Source: an uncultured Chitinophagaceae bacterium
Lineage (GTDB): Bacteria; Bacteroidota; Bacteroidia; NS11-12g; UBA9320
Direction of reading: 5' to 3'
Length of the DNA stretch: 64,000 bases
Assembly: GCA_964647785.1 (NCBI GenBank)
Contig: CAZYJD010000001.1
Location: 26,148-90,147, forward strand
This document shows, piece after piece, positions 1-10,742 of the stretch; the stretch's first letter is position 1, and each line of letters starts with the position of its first letter. The notes under the pieces were generated by a model. It was not told the DNA's origin. It saw only the letters and a program-made list of their open reading frames with translations, and did no database searches. Position numbers and translations under genes: made by a program.

Positions 1-948
1 TTCCATCAAATCCATCAACAATTGGTTATGGTCGATGGCCAGGTTCACTTCTTCAAACATCGGGGCACATTCATACTGCCCCGGAGCAACTTCGTTATGG
101 CGGGTTTTCAATGGGATCCCCAATTTCAAGGCCTCAACTTCCAACTCATACATGAAGTTAAAAACGCGATCCGGTATGCTGCCGAAGTAATGGTCTTCCA
201 TTTGCTGGCCCTTAGCAGGCGCATGCCCAAACAGTGTGCGATCGCTCATTACAAGATCAGGACGCGCATGGTACATGGCACGATCGATCAGAAAATACTC
301 TTGCTCAATGCCCAAAGAAGCTGAAACCTTGTTTACCTGCGGATCGAAAAAGCGGCAAACATCTGTGGCGGCTTTATCCACCAGATTGAGTGATTTCAAC
401 AAAGGCGCCTTGTAATCAAGCGCTTCCCCATTGTAGGATACAAATATGGTTGGAATGCAAAGGGTTTTTCCCGAAGTATTCTCGTAAATAAAGGCAGGAG
501 AACCCGGATCCCATGCAGTATAACCGCGGGCTTCGAAAGTGTTTCTCAATCCACCACTTGGCAGGCTGGATGCATCGGGTTCCTGTTGAACGAGGGAGCT
601 CCCTGAAAACTTTTCAATGGCCATTCCATCTTCAGGCTCGTAAAATGAATCGTGCTTTTCGGCAGTTGATCCTGTCAGCGGCTGGAACCAATGCGTATAG
701 TGAGAGGCACCTTTTGAAATGGCCCAGCGCTTCATGCCTGCGGCTATGTGATCGGCCACATCACGATCAATGGTTTTGCCTTGCTCCATGGCCTCTTTAA
801 CTGCGTTGTAAGCTTCCTTGCCTAGGAAGGTACGCATGGAACGATCGTTGAAAACATTGGTGGCAAAATACTCCGATACATTTTCAGAGGGCACATTCAC
901 TGGTACAGACTTACGTGCTTCGAGAATTTCGAGGGCTTTGAATCGCAT
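1..948 (-). CDS. glnA: Glutamine synthetase type III (GSIII), N-terminal ~316 codons; gene continues past window start
   Basis: Minus-strand ATG at 948 reads open to the window edge. The translation [28 protein letters not shown]...[21 protein letters not shown]...[10 protein letters not shown] matches the Bacteroides-type GSIII N-terminus closely. It is absent from the ORF track because there is no in-window stop. Confidence 0.85.
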   Translation of the reverse strand, partial: MRFKALEILEARKSVPVNVPSENVSEYFATNVFNDRSMRTFLGKEAYNAVKEAMEQGKTIDRDVADHIAAGMKRWAISKGASHYTHWFQPLTGSTAEKHDSFYEPEDGMAIEKFSGSSLVQQEPDASSLPSGGLRNTFEARGYTAWDPGSPAFIYENTSGKTLCIPTIFVSYNGEALDYKAPLLKSLNLVDKAATDVCRFFDPQVNKVSASLGIEQEYFLIDRAMYHARPDLVMSDRTLFGHAPAKGQQMEDHYFGSIPDRVFNFMYELEVEALKLGIPLKTRHNEVAPGQYECAPMFEEVNLAIDHNQLLMDLME

Positions 949-1038
949 AATTCCGGCTTGATTTAGCTACAAACTTACACTTTCGACTTTGAAATAATTG
1001 GAGGTACCCCCCGAAGGCTTGCGCACAATTTTTTCACA

Positions 1039-2112
1039 TCAGGCCAAACCACCCGCCTTCATTTTCTCCATGTTTTCTGCCATCTTCAAAGCATCCATAA
1101 ATTCCTGTAAATCTCCATTCAATACTTCCTGAAGATTGTAGAGGCTCAAATTGATGCGGTGGTCGGTAACCCTGCCCTGCGGAAAATTGTAGGTTCTGAT
1201 TTTTGCGGAACGATCGCCCGTTGAAACCAATGATTTTCGCTGGGCTGCCACCTCAGATTGCTTCTTCTCAAGTTCTTTTTCGTAAATGCGAGATCGAAGA
1301 ATACTCAGTGCTTTTTCATAATTCTTGATTTGTGAACGTCCCTCCTGACATTCAACCACGATGCCGGTCGGAAGGTGTGTGAGACGAACAGCAGATTCGG
1401 TTTTATTCACGTGTTGTCCCCCTGCCCCTGAAGAACGATAGGTGTCTTTCTTGATATCCTTGTTGTCGATATGCACATCCACTTCATCAGCTTCCGGCAA
1501 AACGGCGACGGTGGCGGCTGAAGTATGCACCCTACCTTGGGATTCTGTTTCCGGAACCCTTTGAACGCGATGCACGCCCGACTCAAACTTGAAAACTCCG
1601 TAAGCATCCGGCCCATTCACATGAAAAACCACCCGGCTAAATCCTCCAACTGATCCTTCCATGAAATCATCCACCTCAAATTGAAAACCCTTTTCCTGCG
1701 CATAGCGCTGATACATTCTGAACAAATCACCCGCAAAAAGACTGGCTTCATCTCCCCCGGTTCCGGCCCTTATTTCTACGATGGCATTTTTATTATCTTC
1801 AGGATCTTTGGGAATCAACATCAGTTTAATTTCCTGATCGAGTAGCGTTTTTTTGTCTTGCAGCTCGTCCAATTCATCACGCGCCATTGACTTCAACTCA
1901 TCATCTTCATTGCCGGCCAATATCTGCCGGGCCTCATCCATCGATTGCAAAAGTGTTCGATAGGTGTGATATGCCTCAACAATTTCTTTCAGATCACTGT
2001 ATTCTTTGTTCAGCCTGGCGAACTGCTTCATATCAGAAGCAACTTCAGGACTGCTTAACAATTCCTCTACCTGACGGTAACGCGCGTATATGGCCTCCAG
2101 TTTATCGAGCAT
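1039..2112 (-). CDS. prfA: Peptide chain release factor 1
   Basis: 357 aa with GGQ motif ([23 protein letters not shown]), [23 protein letters not shown] (the RF1-type PxT region) and a typical RF1 N-terminus. Confidence 0.9.
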   Translation of the reverse strand: MLDKLEAIYARYRQVEELLSSPEVASDMKQFARLNKEYSDLKEIVEAYHTYRTLLQSMDEARQILAGNEDDELKSMARDELDELQDKKTLLDQEIKLMLIPKDPEDNKNAIVEIRAGTGGDEASLFAGDLFRMYQRYAQEKGFQFEVDDFMEGSVGGFSRVVFHVNGPDAYGVFKFESGVHRVQRVPETESQGRVHTSAATVAVLPEADEVDVHIDNKDIKKDTYRSSGAGGQHVNKTESAVRLTHLPTGIVVECQEGRSQIKNYEKALSILRSRIYEKELEKKQSEVAAQRKSLVSTGDRSAKIRTYNFPQGRVTDHRINLSLYNLQEVLNGDLQEFMDALKMAENMEKMKAGGLA

Positions 2113-2138
2113 GCTCTTCTTTCAAGGCTGCAAAGGTA

Positions 2139-2939
2139 CTAATATGCGTAAATGCACAGGCTATCTGCGCTTTGGATGTAGAGACGGTTTTTTTGAACAC
2201 GCAAGCTGCGCTTTGAAGACAAGGCGGGCAAAGCCATCTTCTTCCCAAATATGGCATTGAAATCGAGCCTCTCCAGGCTGTCTCCTTCAAACAGATACCA
2301 TTCACTGCCAAAGGACTGCACTGACTTCCATTTGCCGGGCATACTGAATTTATAGTTCGCATAAATATCGAAAACCACCACGCCATAAGCCGTATCCAAC
2401 ATGATGATTTGCTTGCCATCTTCTTCCATATATACCGGTGATATCGTCCTTCCAGTAAGACTTCTGATGTTTCCGCTCTGCAGCTGAAGCTCAAGTTGCT
2501 TGCTGTACTTTTTCAACTGCAAATCTTGTTGGTCAAAAAGCCAGATGCCGTTGTCATAACTTCTGGCCAAACAGGATATGGCATTGCTACCCGTTCGATT
2601 TAAATCGAGCTGACCGCGCACACCCAATTGGTTATCGAGCAACAGCAGCACATTTTGCTCACGATAGAAGGCGTATAATTCCATGGGGTTGCTTGCATCG
2701 AGTGACGCCAAAGGCCCGAACCCCCTGAAGCTGTTTGAAATCAACAGCTTGCCATCACGGTTGTATTTCTCAATGCTTTGGTCTTGATTCAAGACATATA
2801 ATTGCCCCAATTGATCGGTGGTGATTGCACCGTTCATGACCCGAAGCGATTTTATCAGGCGCAAATCTGAAGGCCCCTTGAATGCCAGTAAACCCATTAC
2901 CAGCAAAACTTGCGATATCATTTTTCCCGCCTTATTCAT
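2139..2939 (-). CDS. Hypothetical exported protein; start chosen at internal Met MNKAGKMISQVLLVMGLLAF (signal-peptide-like)
   Basis: Long ORF with a hydrophobic N-terminus after an internal ATG at 2939. The upstream extension overlaps the neighbouring gene. No recognisable catalytic motif. Confidence 0.5.
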   Translation of the reverse strand: MNKAGKMISQVLLVMGLLAFKGPSDLRLIKSLRVMNGAITTDQLGQLYVLNQDQSIEKYNRDGKLLISNSFRGFGPLASLDASNPMELYAFYREQNVLLLLDNQLGVRGQLDLNRTGSNAISCLARSYDNGIWLFDQQDLQLKKYSKQLELQLQSGNIRSLTGRTISPVYMEEDGKQIIMLDTAYGVVVFDIYANYKFSMPGKWKSVQSFGSEWYLFEGDSLERLDFNAIFGKKMALPALSSKRSLRVQKNRLYIQSADSLCIYAY

Positions 2940-3672
2940 ATTGCAAGAGCTGCAACTCCTTTCCATTCCAATAGGCATAACGGTTGTCGCTAACCCATTC
3001 TCCAAGATTCATGTAACGACTGCTTTCAGCAAAGGGTATATCCAATGCCAGGTGGCGATGACCGAAGATATAGAAATCAAAATGTTCTTTTGCTTCTTTC
3101 GCTTTACAGAATTGCAAAAGCCACTCATTGGGTTCGTCAAATACTTCCTCGCGGTTTTCATTGGCCAAACGACTTCGTTTGCTGAAATAATTGGCCACTT
3201 TCATGCCCAGGTCCGGATGTATCCACCGAAAGAGCTCCTGAGCCAATTTGTTTCTGAAAAGCTTACGCAACACTTTGTAGGTGCGATCTCCCGGCCCTAA
3301 CCCATCTCCGTGATGGATGAAAAAACGCTTTCCATCCCAACTGGTTTCCCATTCATCGCTGTACATTTTCACGCCCATCTCCTCTTGCAAATATTTGAAC
3401 ATCCACATATCGTGATTGCCGCGAAACATGTGAATCTGTATGCCTTGATCGCTCAATTCTGCGAGTTTTCCAAGCAAGCGCACATAACCTTTTGGCACCA
3501 CCTGGCGATACTCAAACCAAAAATCGAACAGATCCCCCAAAATGATGATTTCAGTGGCATTCTGGCCCACCGAATCCAACCAGCGAACCAGTTTTTTTTC
3601 GCGTTTAAGACTGCTTTGCCGATCGGGAACCCCTAGATGGATATCGGAAACGAAATAAACGTGATTGGACAT
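2932..3672 (-). CDS. LpxH-family metallophosphoesterase (UDP-2,3-diacylglucosamine diphosphatase-like)
   Basis: Calcineurin-like motifs in order: DIHLG ... ILGDLFDFW ... GNHD ... HHGD ... GHRH. Length 246 aa is typical of LpxH. Confidence 0.75.
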   Translation of the reverse strand: MSNHVYFVSDIHLGVPDRQSSLKREKKLVRWLDSVGQNATEIIILGDLFDFWFEYRQVVPKGYVRLLGKLAELSDQGIQIHMFRGNHDMWMFKYLQEEMGVKMYSDEWETSWDGKRFFIHHGDGLGPGDRTYKVLRKLFRNKLAQELFRWIHPDLGMKVANYFSKRSRLANENREEVFDEPNEWLLQFCKAKEAKEHFDFYIFGHRHLALDIPFAESSRYMNLGEWVSDNRYAYWNGKELQLLQYE

Positions 3673-3675
3673 CTT

Positions 3676-5624
3676 TTACTGAACGCTCAGCTTTAAGCTG
3701 CGATAAACTCCTTTTCCTTTCAAGTGAATCAAATACATACCAGCATTCCAGCTTCGTGTATCGATTGTCTTTTGGTCGTATGCCGATGCACTCGTAAAGG
3801 TTTGTCGATGCACTTCTCTTCCATGAATATCAGTAGCTATGAGTTCAAGTGCTACCCCTTGAAGGTTTTCAACTTCGAGACTCAATTCATTTCGGGCCGG
3901 GTTTGGCCATGCCCTGAAAGCAGCCGTTTCATGTGTTGCCTCATCGGTGTTGAGAGAATAGCTGCTGGTGAAATAATATTCGAGGCTCTTCCCAAAATCA
4001 GGGTTGAGCAGCTCGAGAACAGGGCCATTCGGTTGGCGGAAACGCAAAAAACCGGTTCCCACCTGCGGGATGAGCGGGTAAGCCAAACCAAAGCCTTCTT
4101 TGGTGTTCACGCTAAGTTTGTAGCAGCCTGGATTGAGGTTGAGTTCATCGTTGAACAATTCTCCTCCGGCCATATTGCTTTTTTCATAAACGGTGTTTCC
4201 GTTTTCATCGGTAATTCTCAACTCCACATCGCCTGCAAGGTTGTTGTTTCTCCACCATATGCCCACTTTGCCGGGCAAAGTTTTAGGAATAACAAAACGG
4301 CTTTGCAGCTCATCGTTTTGCGTGTTTTCATCCAGCTGCCCATTGGGTCTTTCAACCCTTGCGGTGAATACCGGATCGGACTCCATGCCTTCCCAATCCC
4401 AAATTTTAAAGGGCAGGTCAATTATTTCGCTTTCCATGAAGGCAAGATTTCCTCGCCAGGTAAAACGGATTTGATTGCCCCCTTTTACCCCATACCAAAC
4501 AGTGCATTCCGTGAGGGCTTCACTTCCTTTATTGCGTATTTTAATTTTGGGTTGGGCACAGGTTGGGTTGATTCTTTTGTGCAACTCCCAATTGCTGGGT
4601 GCCAAAATATCTTCAACCTCTGCATCATAACGAAAGGAGATGTCGCCATATTCGATCAAATGGAGGCTCACCACATAGTTTCCACTGCCCTGTCCTGTAT
4701 TGTCGGCCGGAACTGGCTCTACCCCGTAATCTATCACTGCTTCTTCTTTGCCGCTCAGCCAAGGCGTGAGATCAAAATTGTAATCGGGCACGGGCGCACC
4801 GGGGCACCAACCTGCCCGTGGAGGAGCCCAGTTTCCACCTTGATCAATGATTGGGTTGAGTGCGCATTCATCGTTTTGCCAAATGTCCCATTCGAGTCGC
4901 TGAACACCATCAATGGCAATGTTGTGCTTTTTATTGGCCCATTCACAGCAGTGAATCTTATTGCTTGCAGGATCATAAGTTCCATTATGGCCATGGCCGG
5001 TTATACGGGTAATAAGTTTATAACCCTTGGTATCAGGCATCAGCTGAACAGTATCGGCCTTAAAATGGGTGTCATCGGCTACAAATTTGTATTGCCTCGA
5101 CTCCTTGTTGCGCATGAAATGCACTTTTTTCACTGGGCGGGGAGGGGTGCCAGGAATGAAGGCAAATTTTAAATCAATCAACTCCTGGGTGTTTCCGGCA
5201 CTCAAGGTTACAAGATCGTGCAGTACCGGAGCGTAATCCGTTACATCGTAAATCCATCGAAACCCTTCAGGCCCCAAGTCCAACCCAATGCCATAAGGGG
5301 TGATGAAACGCCCTATCTCATATTGGTTCACCACCCAATTGGTATCAATTTTTCCAACGGTATCGTACAGAATGTTGTAAGTAAGATAATCCCATTCGCC
5401 ACAAGCAAATTGATCTCTGGTGGTTCTCGGGTCGCATTTCAGGGTGTAGTACATGAGTATTTTCTCCCAACTTTTGCCTTCTTCAGGGAATTGCCAGCTT
5501 CCTTTTCTTTTGGTAATGTCTTCAAAGCTGAGGGTTTGCACCCATACGGTATCCTGCGCCCTAACAATGATGCTGGACATGAATAAGATGAACAAGAAGA
5601 AATGGTTCAGTTTTATTTGCATAT
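3676..5624 (-). CDS. Peptide-N-glycosidase F (PNGase F)-like protein with an N-terminal extra domain and a T9SS C-terminal sorting domain
   Basis: Internal motifs EIGRFITPYGIGLDLG and GNWAPPRAGWCPGAPVP match PNGase F (EIGRFITPYW; GNWAPDRAGWCPGMAVP). The C-terminus AWPNPARNELSLEV...GMYLIHLKGKGVYRSLKLSVQ is a type-A T9SS CTD. Start set at the signal-peptide Met MQIKLNHFFLFILFMSSIIVRAQ. Confidence 0.8.
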
Positions 5625-5677
5625 CAAATGGTTTAAACAACAAAGATACAAGAGAGGTATATAATGCCGATAAGGGC

Positions 5678-8455
5678 TTAGTGTGCTTCCAACCAGTTTT
5701 TGCCCCAGCCCGACTCAACCAATACCGGAACTTCTAAAGGCAAAGCCTCCTTCATTTCCTTGAGTACCATGGCCTCCAAGGCTTCTTTCTCATCCAAAGG
5801 CACATCGAACAAGAGTTCATCGTGCACCTGAAGGGTCATCTTGGAGCGAAAACCACCTTCGCGCAATTTGCGATTGATCCGAATCATGGCCAACTTGATC
5901 ATATCTGCTGCTGTTCCCTGTATGGGGGCATTGATGGCGTTTCGCTCGGCAAAACCCCGTACGGTTTGATTGGCAGAATGAATGTCGCGGATGATGCGTT
6001 TGCGACCTATGAGGGTTTGTACATACCCATTGACCCTGCAGGAAGCGATGGTGTCATCCATATAATTTCGAATGCCCGGGAACTGCTCAAAATATGCATC
6101 GATGATTTCTTTGGCTTCCGAGCGCGAAATATCTACCCGCTGTGAAAGACCGAAGGCTGAAATGCCATAAATGATACCGAAATTCACCGTTTTGGCTTTT
6201 CTACGCATATCGCTATCCACCTCGTCAAGCGCCACACCAAAAACCCTGGCTGCGGTTGCCCGGTGAATATCCAAGCCCTTTTTAAAGGCCTCCATCATCC
6301 CTTCGTCTTTGCTAATGGATGCTATTATGCGCAATTCGATCTGAGAATAATCGGCCGACAACAGCAAGTGATTGTCATCTGCCGGAATGAATGCCTTTCT
6401 GATTTCTCTGCCTTTATCGGTGCGGATGGGGATGTTCTGAAGATTGGGATTGTTGGAACTCAAACGGCCGGTTGCCGCCACTGCTTGATTAAATGAAGTA
6501 TGCACGCGCCCCGTTCGCTCATTCACAAGTAACGGAAGAGTGTCTACGTAAGTGCTTTTCAATTTCTGCACTTCACGGTACTCAAGCACCAAGGCCGGCA
6601 ATGGATGCTTCTCTTTTAAACCCTGTAAAATTTCTTCCCCTGTCTGATATTGTCCGGTTTTGGTTTTCTTGGCCTTGGCATCCAGCTTAAGGTGATCAAA
6701 AAGCACCTCTCCCAATTGTTTGGGCGAAGCCACATTGAATTTGAGTCCCGCGGCTTCGTAAATTTGATTTTCAAGCGAATCTGCTTCTTGTTGAAGTTCA
6801 GAAGAATATTGGTGAAGAAAATCTGAATCGATGCGAACCCCATTGCTCTCCATTTCTGCAAGCACCTCCACCAATGGCATTTCCACCTGGTCAAAGACCT
6901 TTCGAACTTCCAATTCATCCAAAAGTGGGGAAAGTTTTTTCTGCAACTGGAGGGTGATGTCGGCATCCTCTCCTGAGTATTCTGCAGCTTGATCGAGTGG
7001 CACTGTTTCAAAGCCCAGCTGGTTCTTTCCCTTTTTACCAATAAGGCTTTCTATGGATATGGGCTCGTATTGCAAATAGTGCCTTGCGAGAAAGTCCATG
7101 TTGTGCCTTTGGTCAGGTTCTATCAAGTAATGGGCAAGCATGGTATCGAACGCGGGGGTCTTTACTTCGATGCCATAGCGCTTGAGTACCAACATATCGT
7201 ATTTTAAGTTTTGGGCCACTTTCAGAATCTTTTCGTTTTCAAAAAGCGGTTGAAATGCAGCTAAAATTGCCCGGCTCTCTTCAAAATCAAGGCCAGTAGG
7301 AATGTAATAGGCTTCTCCTTCTTTGCAACTGATGGCCAAACCCAGGATGTCGGCCTCCAGGGCATTGAGGGAGGTCGTTTCCGTATCGAAACAAAACACC
7401 TGCTCTTTTTGCAGTTGGGCAATCAAATTGGTGCGCTCTTCTTCGGTGCTCAGCAGATGATATTGGTGATCAACCATTGCGATGTTGCGCAATGCTGCGG
7501 GGCTTTCTTGTGCTTCATTGTTGGAAGGGTTTGCTGCGGGTGCCGGGCTGCTGAACAAATCTCCCTGAACGGCTGCAGCCTGAGGCTCACCCAGCACTTT
7601 CTTGGCCAACGTCCTGAATTCAAGTTCATTGAAAATATCCTGAATGCGTTTGGCATCAGGAGGTTCACAAGTCAAATCTTTTTCATCAAATGCAATGGGT
7701 ACATCCAACAGGATGGTGGCCAGCTTTTTAGAAAGGAAAGCTTGTTCTTTAAAGGCAATGAAGTTTTCTTTCATTTTGCCTTTCAACTCATCGATGTGCT
7801 CATAAATCCCTTCCATGCTCTGGTATTCGGCGATGAGTTTTTTGGCCGTTTTTTCTCCAACTCCTGGCACTCCGGGGATGTTATCCGAGCTATCTCCCCA
7901 CAAACCGAGTATATCAATCACTTGGCTCGGGTGTTCAATGGACCATTTTTTCTTTACTTCTTCCACCCCCAGTATTTCAATGCCATTGCCCATGCGCGAA
8001 GGCTTGTACATATAGGTGTGTGGGCTTACCAATTGAGCAAAATCCTTATCGGGGGTCATCATATAAGTGGTGTAACCGGCTTCTTCGGCCTTGCGCGCCA
8101 AGGTGCCAATGATATCATCCGCCTCGTAGCCATCTTTGGTGATGACGGGTATTCTAAAGGCCTTGATGATTTCGAATACGTAAGGGATGCTTTTGGACAA
8201 GTCTTCGGGCATTTCCTCACGTTGGGCTTTGTAAGCAGGAAAAATTTCATGCCTTTCGGTGGGTGCGGATGTATCAAAAACCACAGCAATATGGCTGGGT
8301 TTTTCTTTTTGCATCAAATCAAGCAGGGTGTTGGTGAAACCAAACATGGCCGAGGTATTCAGCCCCGTGCTGGTGATTCTTGGGTTGTTGATGAAAGCAA
8401 AGTACGCCCGGTACACCAGGGCCATTCCGTCGAGAAGGAAAAGTCGTTTATCCAT
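5678..8455 (-). CDS. polA: DNA polymerase I
   Basis: 925 aa with an N-terminal 5'-3' exonuclease, a 3'-5' exo domain and a polymerase domain carrying DYSQIELRIIA and KTVNFGIIYG motifs. Confidence 0.97.
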   Translation of the reverse strand: MDKRLFLLDGMALVYRAYFAFINNPRITSTGLNTSAMFGFTNTLLDLMQKEKPSHIAVVFDTSAPTERHEIFPAYKAQREEMPEDLSKSIPYVFEIIKAFRIPVITKDGYEADDIIGTLARKAEEAGYTTYMMTPDKDFAQLVSPHTYMYKPSRMGNGIEILGVEEVKKKWSIEHPSQVIDILGLWGDSSDNIPGVPGVGEKTAKKLIAEYQSMEGIYEHIDELKGKMKENFIAFKEQAFLSKKLATILLDVPIAFDEKDLTCEPPDAKRIQDIFNELEFRTLAKKVLGEPQAAAVQGDLFSSPAPAANPSNNEAQESPAALRNIAMVDHQYHLLSTEEERTNLIAQLQKEQVFCFDTETTSLNALEADILGLAISCKEGEAYYIPTGLDFEESRAILAAFQPLFENEKILKVAQNLKYDMLVLKRYGIEVKTPAFDTMLAHYLIEPDQRHNMDFLARHYLQYEPISIESLIGKKGKNQLGFETVPLDQAAEYSGEDADITLQLQKKLSPLLDELEVRKVFDQVEMPLVEVLAEMESNGVRIDSDFLHQYSSELQQEADSLENQIYEAAGLKFNVASPKQLGEVLFDHLKLDAKAKKTKTGQYQTGEEILQGLKEKHPLPALVLEYREVQKLKSTYVDTLPLLVNERTGRVHTSFNQAVAATGRLSSNNPNLQNIPIRTDKGREIRKAFIPADDNHLLLSADYSQIELRIIASISKDEGMMEAFKKGLDIHRATAARVFGVALDEVDSDMRRKAKTVNFGIIYGISAFGLSQRVDISRSEAKEIIDAYFEQFPGIRNYMDDTIASCRVNGYVQTLIGRKRIIRDIHSANQTVRGFAERNAINAPIQGTAADMIKLAMIRINRKLREGGFRSKMTLQVHDELLFDVPLDEKEALEAMVLKEMKEALPLEVPVLVESGWGKNWLEAH

Positions 8456-8582
8456 GGGGCTGTAAAGATAGGAAAAGCCCGCTGCCCTTAAGCCAGGGTG
8501 GGCAAATCTTCATCGCGATACGGCATCAACCCATCTCCACACAATTAAAAAAAGCCAAAAGTCACATGGTGGTGAGTGGCCC

Positions 8583-9569
8583 CTACTTATCCGTATTGTA
8601 GAGATCAATGATCCACCACCATTTCCAATACGCCCCTGAAAATTCATTGTTCTTCGCAACCCATGATGGGTATACGCCGATTTCCCATCCACTGAGGTTG
8701 TTTTTGTATTCGGGCATGTTGGCCACACCAAGGCGCAGACCGAAACGGTTTTTCTGTAAGTAGCCGGCTTCCAGATCATCGCCTTCAACCACTTGGGTAC
8801 TGCCATTTTTCTCCATCGCTCTAAGATCGAGAACAGGAGCATACATTAAATCGAAGTAATAAGACTTGTGCTTTCGGGCAATTTTTTCTCCAATATCGAG
8901 CTCGGTAATGTTGGCCACAAGGTCCCACATTTTGTTGATGCTTGCTCCGGCATAGATGCAGACACTGTTCATATTGGTGTAAGGCTTACCGCTGTATTCC
9001 GGCCAATTTGTATTTCCTCCCGGAATGCCCTCCATTGAAACCACAGTGCTTCTCATCAAGGCCCCTGCTCTTGCCATCAATTGATAACGTTTATCCGCAA
9101 AAGCACCATCGATGTAATTGTTCATATCCGTTCCACCGGTATTCAGCCAGATTTTTACCGGTCGATTCTCGCGATCAATGCGCAGCAGTTTAAGGGATAA
9201 ATTCGCATCGGCATAAAAGAGCTTGGCCGGCTCGTAATCGTTGAAATATCCATTTTCAGGTGCGCTCAATCTGTTTCCCGAGGCAGCAAGCCATGCACCA
9301 TCCAACACCCCCTTGTAATAAGGTGTTTGAACACGCGCCTGAAACATGAGGTTTTGTTTGATATGAAAAAACACATAAGCACCCAAGCCTACCGCAAAAC
9401 CATTGGTTGCGTTAAGGTCAAGGAAGATGGGTTCAAACCCCAAATAAAACGAGCTTGCAGCCTTGGATGGATCATTGCTCACTTCTTCATATTCCAAGTC
9501 TTGGGCACTTAAGTCGCTATGGAAAAACAAAGGAAGAATTACGAAAAAGGGGAGCAGAGCATTTTTCAT
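8583..9569 (-). CDS. Hypothetical outer-membrane/secreted protein (paralog of the 9625..10662 gene)
   Basis: Signal peptide MKNALLPFFVILPLFFHSDLSAQ. Beta-rich composition. Shares motifs YYFDLMYAPV / NRFGLRLG with the divergently transcribed neighbour. Confidence 0.55.
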   Translation of the reverse strand: MKNALLPFFVILPLFFHSDLSAQDLEYEEVSNDPSKAASSFYLGFEPIFLDLNATNGFAVGLGAYVFFHIKQNLMFQARVQTPYYKGVLDGAWLAASGNRLSAPENGYFNDYEPAKLFYADANLSLKLLRIDRENRPVKIWLNTGGTDMNNYIDGAFADKRYQLMARAGALMRSTVVSMEGIPGGNTNWPEYSGKPYTNMNSVCIYAGASINKMWDLVANITELDIGEKIARKHKSYYFDLMYAPVLDLRAMEKNGSTQVVEGDDLEAGYLQKNRFGLRLGVANMPEYKNNLSGWEIGVYPSWVAKNNEFSGAYWKWWWIIDLYNTDK

Positions 9570-9624
9570 GGTCACTTTTATGTCATGACGAAAATATATA
9601 ATTTTACACAAAAATCGGCCCATC

Positions 9625-10662
9625 ATGAAGCGTTTTGCATACCTAATTCTCTTATTTTTAGGAACCTACAGTGCAGCGATGGCGCAAGAAGTACGCTACA
9701 AAATCAAGCGAGATAACCCAGAAGATGTAAAAAACCTGATCATTCATCTTGACCCCTGGTTTGCCGATGTTTATTTCACCAACTTGGCCATGGGTTTTTC
9801 AGCACGGGCCGATTGGTTGATCAACAAGGTGGTGGACGTCAGCGTTGAGTGGCGCCGACCCTATTTTGATATGAATTGGCTGGAAGCCAGTACTTACAAA
9901 CTAGCCGATGAGGTAGGCGGTGCTGACATGAAAGACATGGCTTATATGCCACAAAACGGCTTTTCACAATACACCTACTTAGAACCCACCATTCGCCTGC
10001 ACTTGAGCGATAAGATCAAAGAAACCAACCACCACTTGGTGCTTTCAAAATCCAGCTACAGCTCGGGAAATAATAACTACAGCAACACCCAGTTCATCAA
10101 TGTACCTGGAAAATCGAGAAAAATTGTTTCGTTTGAGGGAGCTGCGTGTTGGCTGGATGTGCCGGTGCTGTATAAAGGGTTGTTCAATAGCAACCCTTCT
10201 GATTTTCAGCTTGTACACAAAGAAACCGGTATTGTTTTGCCCGCCACGGAAGATTTTGGAGGAACCATGATGCGCACCCTCACCTTCATCGGCGGATTCT
10301 CATTTCAACGCCTTGACAACCTGAAAGCACTGACCGATAAATACGGTGTGAAATATTCAACGGCATGGACCAATTTCTATTTCGATGTACTGTATGCACC
10401 CGTTGTCAATTTTGACCATGTGGTTGACGATCAGGGTTTGAAATATGAGGTAACCAACCAAAAGGTGAACCGCCTTGGATGGAGATTGGGCTACGCCTTA
10501 AAAAACACCAAAGGAACGGCCCTTTCCATGAAATTTAATGTGGGCAACAGACCGGGCTTTGAAGGCGATAACCCCTATTTCGGATCGCGTTTTTACATGG
10601 ACTTTAACTTTGGGGTATCCATTGCCAACAAAGTGAAACGCTCAACTGAAGAAAAGAAATAA
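9625..10662 (+). CDS. Hypothetical outer-membrane/secreted protein (paralog of 8583..9569)
   Basis: Signal peptide MKRFAYLILLFLGTYSAAMAQ. Motifs FYFDVLYAPV / NRLGWRLG are shared with the neighbour gene. Confidence 0.55.
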   Translation: MKRFAYLILLFLGTYSAAMAQEVRYKIKRDNPEDVKNLIIHLDPWFADVYFTNLAMGFSARADWLINKVVDVSVEWRRPYFDMNWLEASTYKLADEVGGADMKDMAYMPQNGFSQYTYLEPTIRLHLSDKIKETNHHLVLSKSSYSSGNNNYSNTQFINVPGKSRKIVSFEGAACWLDVPVLYKGLFNSNPSDFQLVHKETGIVLPATEDFGGTMMRTLTFIGGFSFQRLDNLKALTDKYGVKYSTAWTNFYFDVLYAPVVNFDHVVDDQGLKYEVTNQKVNRLGWRLGYALKNTKGTALSMKFNVGNRPGFEGDNPYFGSRFYMDFNFGVSIANKVKRSTEEKK

Positions 10663-10742
10663 GGATACCTAAAATCACAAAAGTCCCATCTGAAAAGCAG
10701 GTGGGATTTTGTGTCTTTTTCATTAAAAACGAACTTTGATGC

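Noticed and set aside
22-800. Two + strand ORFs (22..324, 513..800)
   Set aside because: Antisense to the GSIII coding frame that runs from 948 to the window edge.
3724-5172. 482-aa + strand ORF
   Set aside because: Lies entirely antisense to the well-supported PNGase F-like/T9SS gene. It is low-complexity with no motifs and is a shadow ORF.
7409-8491. 360-aa + strand ORF
   Set aside because: Antisense to polA, whose motifs are unambiguous. It is a shadow ORF.
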